This document shows, in pieces, positions 9,235 through 18,102 of a DNA stretch of 64,000 nucleotides (position 1 is the first letter of the stretch; each line of letters starts with the position of its first letter). The notes below the pieces were generated by a model. That model was not told where the DNA came from. It ran no database searches and saw only the letters and a list, made by a program, of their open reading frames with translations. The stretch covers positions 267,184-331,183 of the forward strand of contig JBBABB010000001.1 of assembly GCA_041657885.1 (NCBI GenBank), in the 5' to 3' direction. Made by a program: the position numbers and the translations under genes. Origin of the DNA: Minisyncoccota bacterium. GTDB taxonomy: Bacteria > Patescibacteriota > Minisyncoccia > Phycocordibacterales > UBA9973.

Positions 9235-10716
9235 TTATTTTACTTTCTTAACAATTTTCATGAATAAATCGTTGCGTTCATATTCGTTGTTAAACATTCC
9301 AAATGATGCAAAAGCAGGAGAGAAAAGAATTGTGTCACCTTTCTTTGCTAGTTTAATTGCTTTTTGAATTACGTCTTTCAAATCCTTCCCTATTTCATTC
9401 GTAATTGGTAATTTGTAATTCTTAATTAATTTTTCTGTTCCACTTCCTTCCAGAAAAATTACCGCTTTACAATATTTATTTATAACTTTTACAAAATCAC
9501 CAAGCGGAAGATTTTTGTCTGAACCCCCACAAATTAAAACAATTTTCTTTCCCCCTAGGCCTTGCCTAGGGGACACCAATGCTTCTATCCCCGCTATTGT
9601 CGCATCGGGGGTTGTAGCATTGTTATCATTGTAAATTTTTATTCCCTTATATATTTTTAGTAGTTGGAGACGTCCCTCTAATCCTTTAAATTTTTCTATA
9701 CTCTTTTTAATAGCTTCCATTGGCACGCCAAGCACTTGTGCGACGGCTACTGCACAAGCCATATTTTCTCGATGGTGGATTCCAGGGACATTGAATTTCC
9801 AACTTTCAACATCTTTTTTATCTATAACAATCAACTTTCCTTTTATTTCATTTTTATTTATTAACTTTTTCATTCCAGGACGGATAATAAGAATATCTCC
9901 CTTTTTTTGAAATTTAAAAATATTTGCCTTATCACTAAAATATCTCTCCATTGCTTTACTTGTAGTGAACTTAGTTGAACTATAATAATTCATATGGTCA
10001 GGCATAAATGTTGTAAAAACGGAAATATGAGGAGAAAGTTTCGCTTCGCCGAACCCTTGTAATTGCCAAGAATCTAATTCACAAACTAAAATATCACCAT
10101 CTTTTACTTTTTTAAGCAACGGTAATGTTGCAACACCACGAAGATTGCCACCTAAATATACATTTCTTTTTCCTCGTCCCGCCGTAGCCTTGGCGGAGGA
10201 GGATAAAATCTCATAAATCAAAGTTGTCGTCATCGATTTCCCTCTTGTCCCTGTTACTCCGATTATCATTACACCAGGTGCACATTTAGCAAAAAGAGAG
10301 ACGTCCATCTCAACGGGAATATTATTCTTTTTTGCCTCAGCAATATAGATGGAATCAAGAGGAACCCCTGCAGATTTTATAATCATATCTCTATCTTTAA
10401 AATTCTCAAGCCTATGTTCTCCTAAGACAAATTTTACTTTAGCTCCGTGATCGCGAAGCGATTTTACGGGGTTTTTTGAATTCTTATCCTTAATTCTTAA
10501 CCCGCCTGCTCCCGAACTATCGTGAGGGCGGGCAGGTTCGTAATTCTTAATTGCTTCTACTGAAGCTTTGAGTTGTTCTTTTGTCTTCAAGTCTGTGACT
10601 ATCAAATCTGCCCCGCATTCTGCCAAGAATTTGGTATATCCCAACCCACGTCCCAAAATCCCCAGTCCCATAACTGTAATTTTCTTCCCCTTAAAAAATT
10701 GTTTGTAATTTTTCAT
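9235..10716 (-). CDS. murD: UDP-N-acetylmuramoylalanine--D-glutamate ligase, carrying at least three in-frame GC-rich palindromic insertions
   Basis: The 493 aa protein has an N-terminal Rossmann fold (MGLGILGRGLG) and the Mur ligase P-loop GVTGTRGKSMTT. The segment ARPHDSSGAGGLRIKDKNSKNPVKSLRDHGAKV is atypical, and GC-rich repeats lie at 9551-9573, 10175-10202 and 10501-10535. Confidence 0.85.
   Translation of the reverse strand: MKNYKQFFKGKKITVMGLGILGRGLGYTKFLAECGADLIVTDLKTKEQLKASVEAIKNYEPARPHDSSGAGGLRIKDKNSKNPVKSLRDHGAKVKFVLGEHRLENFKDRDMIIKSAGVPLDSIYIAEAKKNNIPVEMDVSLFAKCAPGVMIIGVTGTRGKSMTTTLIYEILSSSAKATAGRGKRNVYLGGNLRGVATLPLLKKVKDGDILVCELDSWQLQGFGEAKLSPHISVFTTFMPDHMNYYSSTKFTTSKAMERYFSDKANIFKFQKKGDILIIRPGMKKLINKNEIKGKLIVIDKKDVESWKFNVPGIHHRENMACAVAVAQVLGVPMEAIKKSIEKFKGLEGRLQLLKIYKGIKIYNDNNATTPDATIAGIEALVSPRQGLGGKKIVLICGGSDKNLPLGDFVKVINKYCKAVIFLEGSGTEKLIKNYKLPITNEIGKDLKDVIQKAIKLAKKGDTILFSPAFASFGMFNNEYERNDLFMKIVKKVK
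9551..9573. repeat. Family B palindrome ccccctaggccttgcctagggga (in frame in murD; second copy 37527-37547 in miaA)
   Basis: It is the inverted repeat CCTAGGC/GCCTAGG flanked by C and G runs, and is identical apart from the central base in the two genes. Confidence 0.75.
10175..10202. repeat. Family C GC-rich repeat (CGCCGTAGCC-TTGG-CGGAGGCGG-like), in-frame copy in murD
   Basis: It reads cgtcccgccgtagccttggcggaggagg. Related copies are 20232-20259 (intergenic), 27369-27397 (leuS), and weaker variants at 37751-37776 and 14641-14665. Confidence 0.6.
10501..10535. repeat. Family A GC-rich palindrome (cccgcctgctcc-N-gggcgggcagg), in-frame copy in murD
   Basis: It reads cccgcctgctcccgaactatcgtgagggcgggcagg, a hairpin CCCGCC/GGCGGG. 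Other copies are at 40039-40069 (alr) and 42111-42140 (murB), and split arms lie at 19844-19854 and 19944-19953. Confidence 0.8.
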
Positions 10717-10761
10717 TATTTTACATTCTCACATTCTTGAGAATGTCGGAATGTTATTTTT

Positions 10762-12429
10762 TTAATTTATTTCTCTTTTGTAACAATCCTCACAGTATAT
10801 TTTATATTGGTTATGTTTTTCTTTGGGATATGTTGTTTGTGTTATATTACCACAAGAAGCACATTTCACTTCATTGAGAATTCTAGGATTTCGAGCATCC
10901 ATACGAGCTTGATGACGACAGTTGAAACATTTTGGTGGAATTGGTAATTTCATTCTTTTATAAAATGCAATTTCTCTTGAAATAAATTTATAATTATTAC
11001 CACAAGATTCACATTTCAAAATTTTATCAAGAAGCCCATCATCATTATACATCTCTGGATTTTTAGGTAAATCTTCATAATTACAATTTTCTTGCCCTTT
11101 TGTATGCGGAATATCATCTCGCCATCTAAATCCTTGCTCAATTGCCTCTTCTTTTGTAAGTGGCATATATTCATTAGCAATTGATTCATTATAACCAAAA
11201 GGACTCATCCAAATTGGAAAGAAGTTTCCCCAATCACCACTTTCTTTCATATTTTTAATAATTTGTGGCACAAGTTTTTCATATTCATCTTTGGGGTAAG
11301 GTTTATTTAAAATATGATATTCCTTATTTCGCAAACCAAAACAACCAAAACAATTCTTAGAATTATAGCAAGTATTCGAATAATACATGTAATTCGATTC
11401 TACAACGAGCTGTATCCCAATAACATTATTACTATTACCACCAGTTAAAACCTGATAACCGTACTCGACATCAACAGTAAAAGAAACATCTCGTGATTCA
11501 ATTGGGTTATTAACCGTATAACAATAACTACTATTTTCGCCTCCATTTTTTATATCAAAAGATTGTTGGACATTATGAGCATCATAAATATGATCCCCTG
11601 ACACATTATTATTATGAGACCCAAAGACAGTTCGCGTTGGCATTTTCTTTCTTAATTCTTCTCTTTTACCTAAAAAATATAAGATGCTTGCCTCACTATT
11701 TAGCGGATATTTTTCTAAAAATTTTTGATATTCTTCTTTTGTAAATTGTTCATTAAAAATACAATTATTTTTATGACGCAAGCCGACACAGCCAATACAA
11801 TTTACACAATCTCTGCAATCATAAAGTCCGATAGAATCTGCACAAGATTCACACTCTTGTGAATAAAATAATTTATTGCAGTTTACACAATCTATACACT
11901 CATAACAAAGCTCACATTTATTTATATAAAGATTATCTACACAATCAGTAGAATACCAAACAATATGTCCATAGTCACAATTTTCATCCTCAACACAACC
12001 AAAAATTAAATAACAATTTTTTGACCTAAGGGCAAAATTTGAATATTCACAATTTACACTATTTACATTAGTAATAGCAAAATGAGGCACTTTGTTTTCA
12101 AGTTCACCTAATTGTTCAATAAACGACTTGGTTAAATCTAAAGGAACAGCATATTCTCCTGCTTCCCAATCATCAGCCCACCATTCAGCGATATCCCAAA
12201 CAGGAAATGGAACATCAGGATTATACATAGAAATAATCATTTTGTTAGATTTGCTTGATGGTCGTTTATATAATGTTTTGAAATTTCTAAAAAGCATTTG
12301 CTGTTGTTGACGACATGTAGGGCAAAATTCTGGTACAGGTACTTTCATTCGATCGTAAAAAATATGATCATTCTGATCTACAATAAATCGATTTTTACAT
12401 TTTTGACAATTTTTTGTTTCTGTTTGCAT
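10762..12429 (-). CDS. Large cysteine-rich protein with N- and C-terminal CxxC zinc-ribbon modules (paralog 1 of 3 in the window; uncharacterised family)
   Basis: The 555 aa protein has more than 50 Cys. Terminal motifs of the form CxxC-x(n)-FY-x-K/R-x-K/D-V/L-P-x-P-x2-C-P/F-x-C-R are shared with the ORFs at 48864-50573 and 51444-53090. There is an internal duplicated block C.GC.GLR.K.Y.I.N.QY.KEEY. Confidence 0.6.
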   Translation of the reverse strand: MQTETKNCQKCKNRFIVDQNDHIFYDRMKVPVPEFCPTCRQQQQMLFRNFKTLYKRPSSKSNKMIISMYNPDVPFPVWDIAEWWADDWEAGEYAVPLDLTKSFIEQLGELENKVPHFAITNVNSVNCEYSNFALRSKNCYLIFGCVEDENCDYGHIVWYSTDCVDNLYINKCELCYECIDCVNCNKLFYSQECESCADSIGLYDCRDCVNCIGCVGLRHKNNCIFNEQFTKEEYQKFLEKYPLNSEASILYFLGKREELRKKMPTRTVFGSHNNNVSGDHIYDAHNVQQSFDIKNGGENSSYCYTVNNPIESRDVSFTVDVEYGYQVLTGGNSNNVIGIQLVVESNYMYYSNTCYNSKNCFGCFGLRNKEYHILNKPYPKDEYEKLVPQIIKNMKESGDWGNFFPIWMSPFGYNESIANEYMPLTKEEAIEQGFRWRDDIPHTKGQENCNYEDLPKNPEMYNDDGLLDKILKCESCGNNYKFISREIAFYKRMKLPIPPKCFNCRHQARMDARNPRILNEVKCASCGNITQTTYPKEKHNQYKIYCEDCYKREIN

Positions 12430-12462
12430 TTTAATTCTTAATTCGTAATTATTAATTCTTAA

Positions 12463-13959
12463 TTACTCAAAGCATTTCTGCAATTCTTCCATATCATCAA
12501 AATGGGTTTTCAAACCATTCACTTCTTGATAATCCTCATGACCTTTGCCAGCAATAAGGACGAAGTCGCCTGCGAGTGCTAACGAGCAGGCTTTCTCTAT
12601 GGCCATGTGTCTATCTTCTATTATATGAACTTTATCTTTAAGAGAGAGACCTTTCAATCCTTTTTTCATTTCTTTTAAAATATCTACTGGTTTTTCAGTT
12701 CGAGGATTATCAGACGTGAGAATAAGAATATCACTCATATCATAACCAATTTTTGCCATGATAGGCCGTTTGCTTTTATCTCGGTCTCCACCACAACCAA
12801 TAACTGCAATAACTCGTCCATTTTCCTTCATTCCATTTGCAGTTTTTAAAACATTTTCTAATGCGTCTGGAGTGTGAGCATAATCAACTATTCCAGTTAC
12901 TCCACTTTTACTTTTTATGTATTGAAATCGCCCTGGAACTGCTTCTAGTATTTTAATAATTTCTTTTATTTTTTCCCCGCCTTGTATTGCTTCAGGCGAG
13001 GCAAGTTTATCTCCATATAGAAGTAAAATTGCAACAGCATAAATTCCAAGCAAATTATAAGCATTAAATTCTCCAATTAATTTTGATTCAAATCTTTCGT
13101 TAAAATATTCGCACAGGTCTGACCTGTGCAAAATCTGCATAGGTCTGACCTGTGCATTTTTTAACCCAAAAGCATACTTTTTGGCTTTCGTCGTACTTAA
13201 CATATATTCTCCCTTTTCATCATCAATATTGGCTATTGCAAAACCTGTGGCGGGCAACATATCAAAGAAGCCCTTTTTTGCATCACAATAATTATCGATA
13301 GTTTTATGATAATCTAAGTGATCAAGTGTAAGATTTGTAAATATACCACCAACAAAAGAAAGTGCTGTTATTCTCTTTTCGCTAAACGAATGTGAGCTAA
13401 CTTCCATAAAACAATATTCGCAACTATTATCTACCATTCGAGCTAATAATTCATTTAAGGTTATGGAATCAGGAGTTGTTCTAGTTGCTTCAAAAAATTC
13501 ATCATTTATTTTGTTTACCACGGTCCCAATCATTCCAGCCTTATATCCTAAATTACGGAAAAGTTGGTGTAGAAGAGTCACGGTAGTAGTTTTTCCATTT
13601 GTTCCTGTCACCCCTATCAATTTTAATTTACGAGATGGATTACCATAAAAATTACCTGCAATTACGCCAACAACACTGTGGGTATCTGCTACTTTTATAT
13701 AAGTAACACCATTTTTAAATTCTTTAGGATTATTTTCATAAACTATTGTTGTTGCTCCTTTTTCAATAACTTCATCTATGAAAGAGTGTCCATCTAGAAC
13801 ATTCCCCCTTAACGCGACGAAAATAGCATGAGGTTCTATAACTTTAGAATTGAGCGACACGGAAGACACATGGGCTTCAAGATTACCATGACTTTCTAAA
13901 ACTGGGATATTTTCTAATAGTTCGCTTAGTATTTTCATCGATTTTATTTGTTTAACCAA
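12463..13959 (-). CDS. murE: UDP-N-acetylmuramoyl-L-alanyl-D-glutamate--2,6-diaminopimelate ligase
   Basis: The 498 aa protein has the Mur ligase P-loop GVTGTNGKTTT and a MurE-like C-terminal domain. It contains a tandem in-frame palindrome (13111-13155). Confidence 0.85.
   Translation of the reverse strand: MVKQIKSMKILSELLENIPVLESHGNLEAHVSSVSLNSKVIEPHAIFVALRGNVLDGHSFIDEVIEKGATTIVYENNPKEFKNGVTYIKVADTHSVVGVIAGNFYGNPSRKLKLIGVTGTNGKTTTVTLLHQLFRNLGYKAGMIGTVVNKINDEFFEATRTTPDSITLNELLARMVDNSCEYCFMEVSSHSFSEKRITALSFVGGIFTNLTLDHLDYHKTIDNYCDAKKGFFDMLPATGFAIANIDDEKGEYMLSTTKAKKYAFGLKNAQVRPMQILHRSDLCEYFNERFESKLIGEFNAYNLLGIYAVAILLLYGDKLASPEAIQGGEKIKEIIKILEAVPGRFQYIKSKSGVTGIVDYAHTPDALENVLKTANGMKENGRVIAVIGCGGDRDKSKRPIMAKIGYDMSDILILTSDNPRTEKPVDILKEMKKGLKGLSLKDKVHIIEDRHMAIEKACSLALAGDFVLIAGKGHEDYQEVNGLKTHFDDMEELQKCFE
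13111..13155. repeat. Family D palindrome (gcacaggtctgacctgtgc) in tandem, in frame in murE; a third copy in inverse orientation lies at 43968-43984
   Basis: It reads gcacaggtctgacctgtgcaaaatctgcataggtctgacctgtgc. The intergenic copy reads cacaggtcagacctgtg. Confidence 0.75.
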
Positions 13960-14519
13960 TTTTTATATTCTTCAATAATTTTTTGAGAAACTTCTTCAAG
14001 GGGTATTTGCGATGTATCAATTACCAAATCAAAATTATCATGAGCAGTAAAGTTCTCTATATCATATAATTTTTTATATCTTTTTCTTTCGCTTAAAAGA
14101 CGAGTGTTTATACTTTCCATAATACTTTCTCTTGTATCAAAACCAGAGGATTCAGTATGTCTGTTAGGATTTGATTTTTTATCTTCTAGAATTCTTTCCG
14201 AGGCAATACTTGGGTCAAGTTCTAAAAATACTTTAAATGATTCAGGTATAAAATAAAAACCGAGACGTGAATCTAAAACAACATCTTCTTTTTTACCTAT
14301 TTCTAAATTTCTATCATCTAACTCTTTATCTATAGAATTATCAGTTTCTGCATCTAAACCTAATTCAGCCAATGAAATTCCTTTATCATTCGCAATGGAA
14401 CGCATAAAGTCCCCAGTAGAATAATGTTTATAACCTAGAATTTCTGCCATTCTTTTTGCTGTTGATGACTTACCGCTTCCAAGCTTGCCAGCTATAGTGA
14501 TAATATGCTTTTTGTTCAT
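13944..14519 (-). CDS. cmk: Cytidylate kinase
   Basis: The 191 aa protein has the P-loop IAGKLGSGKSST and an NMP-kinase fold. Confidence 0.7.
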   Translation of the reverse strand: MNKKHIITIAGKLGSGKSSTAKRMAEILGYKHYSTGDFMRSIANDKGISLAELGLDAETDNSIDKELDDRNLEIGKKEDVVLDSRLGFYFIPESFKVFLELDPSIASERILEDKKSNPNRHTESSGFDTRESIMESINTRLLSERKRYKKLYDIENFTAHDNFDLVIDTSQIPLEEVSQKIIEEYKNWLNK

Positions 14520-14576
14520 AAACTTATTCTATCATAAATGATAGTCAAATAAAAACCCTTATGGTATAGTATTCTT

Positions 14577-15770
14577 ATGAAAATTCTGGCGATTGAAACA
14601 TCGTGTGACGAAACAGGAATAAGTATATTGGAGGTGAAAAAACCTGCCTCGCGCCAAGGCGGGTCTGGTAAAAAAGATATTTTTAAAATTTTAGCCAATA
14701 ATATACATTCCCAAGTTGAAATTCACGCCCAATATGGCGGTGTTTTCCCTGCTCTGGCTAAAAGAGAACATATAAAGAATCTACCTATTCTTTTTGAAAA
14801 AACAATTAAACAAGCAAAAATAAAAATAGAACAAATTGATGCAATCGCTGTAACATATGGACCTGGTCTTGAACCAGCCCTTTGGACTGGAATAGTTTTT
14901 GCTAAGGAACTTTCAAAGAAATACAATATTCCAATCGTGAAAGTTAATCATATGGAGGGTCATATATTTTCTATATTTCCCAAAAAAAGAAAAACATTCA
15001 CAATTGATTCTGATAAAAAAATATTCCCAATGCTTTCACTTCTTGTTTCAGGTGGACACACTGAACTTATTTTAGTAAAAAATTGGCACAAATATAAAAA
15101 AATAGGGCAAACGCGAGATGATGCAGTTGGGGAAGCTTTTGATAAAGTAGCACGTATGCTTGGACTTCCCTATCCGGGAGGACCAGAGGTCTCAAAGCTG
15201 GCAGAAATAGAACGAGAAAAAATTCCCCTCTCGAGGGGTGGCTTGAAAAGTCGGGGTGGATGCATTCCACCTCCCCCTTCGGGTACTCCTCAAGAGGAGA
15301 ATCTGCAACTCCCACGTCCTATGATTTATTCAAAAGATTATGATTTCTCTTTTTCGGGATTAAAAACCGCAGTATTGTATCTAATAAGAGATTTAAAAAA
15401 AGAACATTCCGACATTCTTGAGAATGTCGGAATAAAACAAAAAATCGCAAAAGAATTTGAAGATGCGGTAGTTGAAACATTAGTATACAAAACAATAAAA
15501 GCAATTAAAGAATATAAAATAAAAACTCTTATTGTTGGTGGTGGGGTCTCGGCAAATAAATATTTACAGGAGATAATGAACAAAGAAGTAAAAAATCTAA
15601 ATTTTAGTAGTCGGACTACTAAAATTTTAACAAAAGTTCACTTCCCTTCTAAAAGTTTAACTGGAGATAATGCTCTTATGATTGCTATCGCTGGATATTT
15701 TCAATATAAAAATAAAAAAGGAGTAAAAAATTTAAATTCTATAAAAGCCAAAGGAAATTTATCTTTATGA
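14577..15770 (+). CDS. tsaD: tRNA N6-adenosine threonylcarbamoyltransferase TsaD (Kae1/Gcp family) with a roughly 30 aa in-frame GC-rich insertion
   Basis: MKILAIETSCDETGISIL... and the HMEGH metal site match TsaD. The segment IPLSRGGLKSRGGCIPPPPSGTPQEENLQLPRP, encoded by the GC-rich palindromic DNA at 15225-15318, is not part of canonical TsaD. Confidence 0.85.
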   Translation: MKILAIETSCDETGISILEVKKPASRQGGSGKKDIFKILANNIHSQVEIHAQYGGVFPALAKREHIKNLPILFEKTIKQAKIKIEQIDAIAVTYGPGLEPALWTGIVFAKELSKKYNIPIVKVNHMEGHIFSIFPKKRKTFTIDSDKKIFPMLSLLVSGGHTELILVKNWHKYKKIGQTRDDAVGEAFDKVARMLGLPYPGGPEVSKLAEIEREKIPLSRGGLKSRGGCIPPPPSGTPQEENLQLPRPMIYSKDYDFSFSGLKTAVLYLIRDLKKEHSDILENVGIKQKIAKEFEDAVVETLVYKTIKAIKEYKIKTLIVGGGVSANKYLQEIMNKEVKNLNFSSRTTKILTKVHFPSKSLTGDNALMIAIAGYFQYKNKKGVKNLNSIKAKGNLSL

Positions 15771-15792
15771 TAAAATATGTTATATTTTATAT

Positions 15793-17994
15793 ATGAATAA
15801 TGACCAGCCCAACATTGACCCAAAATTCTTAAAACCATACAATCCACAAGAAACGGAAGATAGAATATATAAACTCTGGGAAGAGAGTGGTTTTTTTAAC
15901 CCAGATGTTTGTATTGAAAAAGGAATAATAGAGGAAAATGCTGAACCTTTTACTATAATAATGCCTCCGACTAATGCCAATGGGTCACTTCACGCCGGGC
16001 ACGGACTTGTGATGACAATTGAAGACCTAATGGTCCGATATAAAAGAATGCGCGGTTTTAAAACTCTTTGGCTTCCAGGACTTGACCATGCAGGATTTGA
16101 AACCCAAGTAGTTTATGAAAAAAAATTAGAAAAAGAAGGACGGACTCGATTTGGCATGGAAAGAAATGAACTATACAAAGAAATTTTAGATTTTACATTG
16201 CTTAACTCCTCAAATATCAAAGGTCAAGTTAGAAAAATGGGGGCCTCTTGCGATTGGTCACGAGAAAAGTTCACTCTTGATGACAATGTTATAAAAATTG
16301 TTTATAAAACATTTAAAAAACTTTATGATGATGAGTTGCTTTATAGAGGAAAAAGAATTATAAGCTGGTGTTCTAAACATCAAACTTCTTTTGCAGATAT
16401 AGAAATAAAAGACGAAGAAAAAATAGAACCTTATTATTATCTCAAATATGGTCCATTTATTATTTCTACTTCACGACCAGAAACAAAATTTGGTGATAAA
16501 TATGTCGTCATGCATCCAGACGATGAAAGATATGCTGAATACAAAGATGGACAAAAGATAGATCTCGAATGGATTAATGAACCAATAACAGCTACCATTA
16601 TTAAAGATAATGTTGTAGATATGGAATTCGGCACAGGAGTTATGACTATCACACCTTGGCATGATGTAATTGATTTTGAAATCGCTCAAAGACATAATTT
16701 AGAAAAAGAACAGATAATAGATGAAAACGGAAAACTTTTACCGATAGCCGGAGAATTTGCTGGAATGCATATAAAAAAGGCTCGTCCTTTAATCATTGAA
16801 AAATTACGAGGCAAAGGATTGGTTGAAAAAATAGAAGAAGACTACAAACACGTTATTCATACATGTTATAAATGTGGTACTACTATAGAACCTCAAATAC
16901 AAAATCAATGGTTTGTAAAAACAAAACCACTTGCTGAAAAAGCTCTTAAAAAAATACTAGAGGGAGAAATACAATATATCCCAGAACATTATAAAAAAAT
17001 TACAACTCATTGGTTAGAAAATATAATAGATTGGAATATTTCTCGTCAAATCGTATGGGGTATACCAATTCCTGCAAAAATCTGCGATAAATGTGAAAGT
17101 GGTTTTGTAGATTTAGAAGACAAAATTACAAAATGTGAAAAGTGCGGGAGTGAAGTTCGAAAAGATAATGATACCTTTGATACTTGGTTCTCATCAGCAC
17201 AGTGGCCATTTGCAGTATTTGACTATCCAGATGGAAAAGATTTTAAAATTTTTTACCCAACAAACGTTTTAGAAACTGCTGGGGATATTTTTCATTGGGT
17301 GGCAAGAATGATAATGCTAGGACTTTATATCACAGGGAAATCTCCATTTAACACAGTTTATATGCATGGTATGGTCCTTGACGCCAAAGGACAAAAAATG
17401 AGTAAAAGTAAGGGCAATGTTATTGATCCACTCACTTTAACCGATAAATATGGAATAGATGCCTTTAGAATAGGAATGGTAGTCGGGAATACTCCTGGTA
17501 CTTCTCTTTCTTTGTCCGAAGATAAAATTAGAGCTTATAAAAATTATGCGAATAAACTTTGGAATATAACTCGATTTGTATTGAGTAATACAAAATTTGT
17601 TAAATATAATGAAAAGTTTGAAGAATATACAGAAAGAGAAAATAATTTAATTGAAGAAATAGATGGATTGATAAAAGAAATCACCAAAGAAATGGATGGA
17701 TATAAATTCTATCTTGTTGGAGAAAAGATATACCAATACACTTGGTCTCGTTTTGCTGATGTAATAATAGAAGAAAGTAAGAATATTCTTATGGGAGATG
17801 ATGAAAAAGCACCTGCTTCCGCACAAGGCTCCAGCGAGACACAGAAAATTTCAAGAGCACAATTTTTGCTTGGAACATTAATAAAAATTCTTAAGATACT
17901 TCACCCATTCATGCCATTTGTGACAGAAGAAATATGGGGCATGATGCCAGTTCCCAATAAGAGATTATTAATGGTAGAAAAGTGGCCAAGTTAA
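15793..17994 (+). CDS. valS: Valyl-tRNA synthetase (short form lacking the long C-terminal coiled coil)
   Basis: It is a class I aaRS with HAGHGL (HIGH) and KMSKSKGN (KMSKS) motifs. The ValRS-type editing-domain signature TSRPETKFGDKYVVMHPDDERY is present. At 733 aa it is shorter than typical ValRS. Confidence 0.7.
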   Translation: MNNDQPNIDPKFLKPYNPQETEDRIYKLWEESGFFNPDVCIEKGIIEENAEPFTIIMPPTNANGSLHAGHGLVMTIEDLMVRYKRMRGFKTLWLPGLDHAGFETQVVYEKKLEKEGRTRFGMERNELYKEILDFTLLNSSNIKGQVRKMGASCDWSREKFTLDDNVIKIVYKTFKKLYDDELLYRGKRIISWCSKHQTSFADIEIKDEEKIEPYYYLKYGPFIISTSRPETKFGDKYVVMHPDDERYAEYKDGQKIDLEWINEPITATIIKDNVVDMEFGTGVMTITPWHDVIDFEIAQRHNLEKEQIIDENGKLLPIAGEFAGMHIKKARPLIIEKLRGKGLVEKIEEDYKHVIHTCYKCGTTIEPQIQNQWFVKTKPLAEKALKKILEGEIQYIPEHYKKITTHWLENIIDWNISRQIVWGIPIPAKICDKCESGFVDLEDKITKCEKCGSEVRKDNDTFDTWFSSAQWPFAVFDYPDGKDFKIFYPTNVLETAGDIFHWVARMIMLGLYITGKSPFNTVYMHGMVLDAKGQKMSKSKGNVIDPLTLTDKYGIDAFRIGMVVGNTPGTSLSLSEDKIRAYKNYANKLWNITRFVLSNTKFVKYNEKFEEYTERENNLIEEIDGLIKEITKEMDGYKFYLVGEKIYQYTWSRFADVIIEESKNILMGDDEKAPASAQGSSETQKISRAQFLLGTLIKILKILHPFMPFVTEEIWGMMPVPNKRLLMVEKWPS

Positions 17995-18102
17995 AACCTG
18001 TCCCGTACTAAATTTTTGATTAGGAAAAAATAAGAACATAAATAATTTATATAATATGAAGTCGAACAAAATGATGATTAATATTAAAATTTTAGTACTG
18101 GG

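Noticed and set aside
10491-10555. The taattcttaa direct repeats flanking the family A palindrome in murD, considered as a target-site duplication
   Set aside because: The motif aattcttaatt recurs in unrelated AT-rich spacers (for example 12430-12465 and 61625-61640), so chance occurrence cannot be excluded. It is kept only as a possibility in the findings.
14516-14698. A 60-aa minus-strand ORF spanning the cmk/tsaD intergenic region and the tsaD start
   Set aside because: It overlaps the tsaD 5' end and the divergent promoter region, has no homolog signal, and reads partly through a GC-rich repeat.
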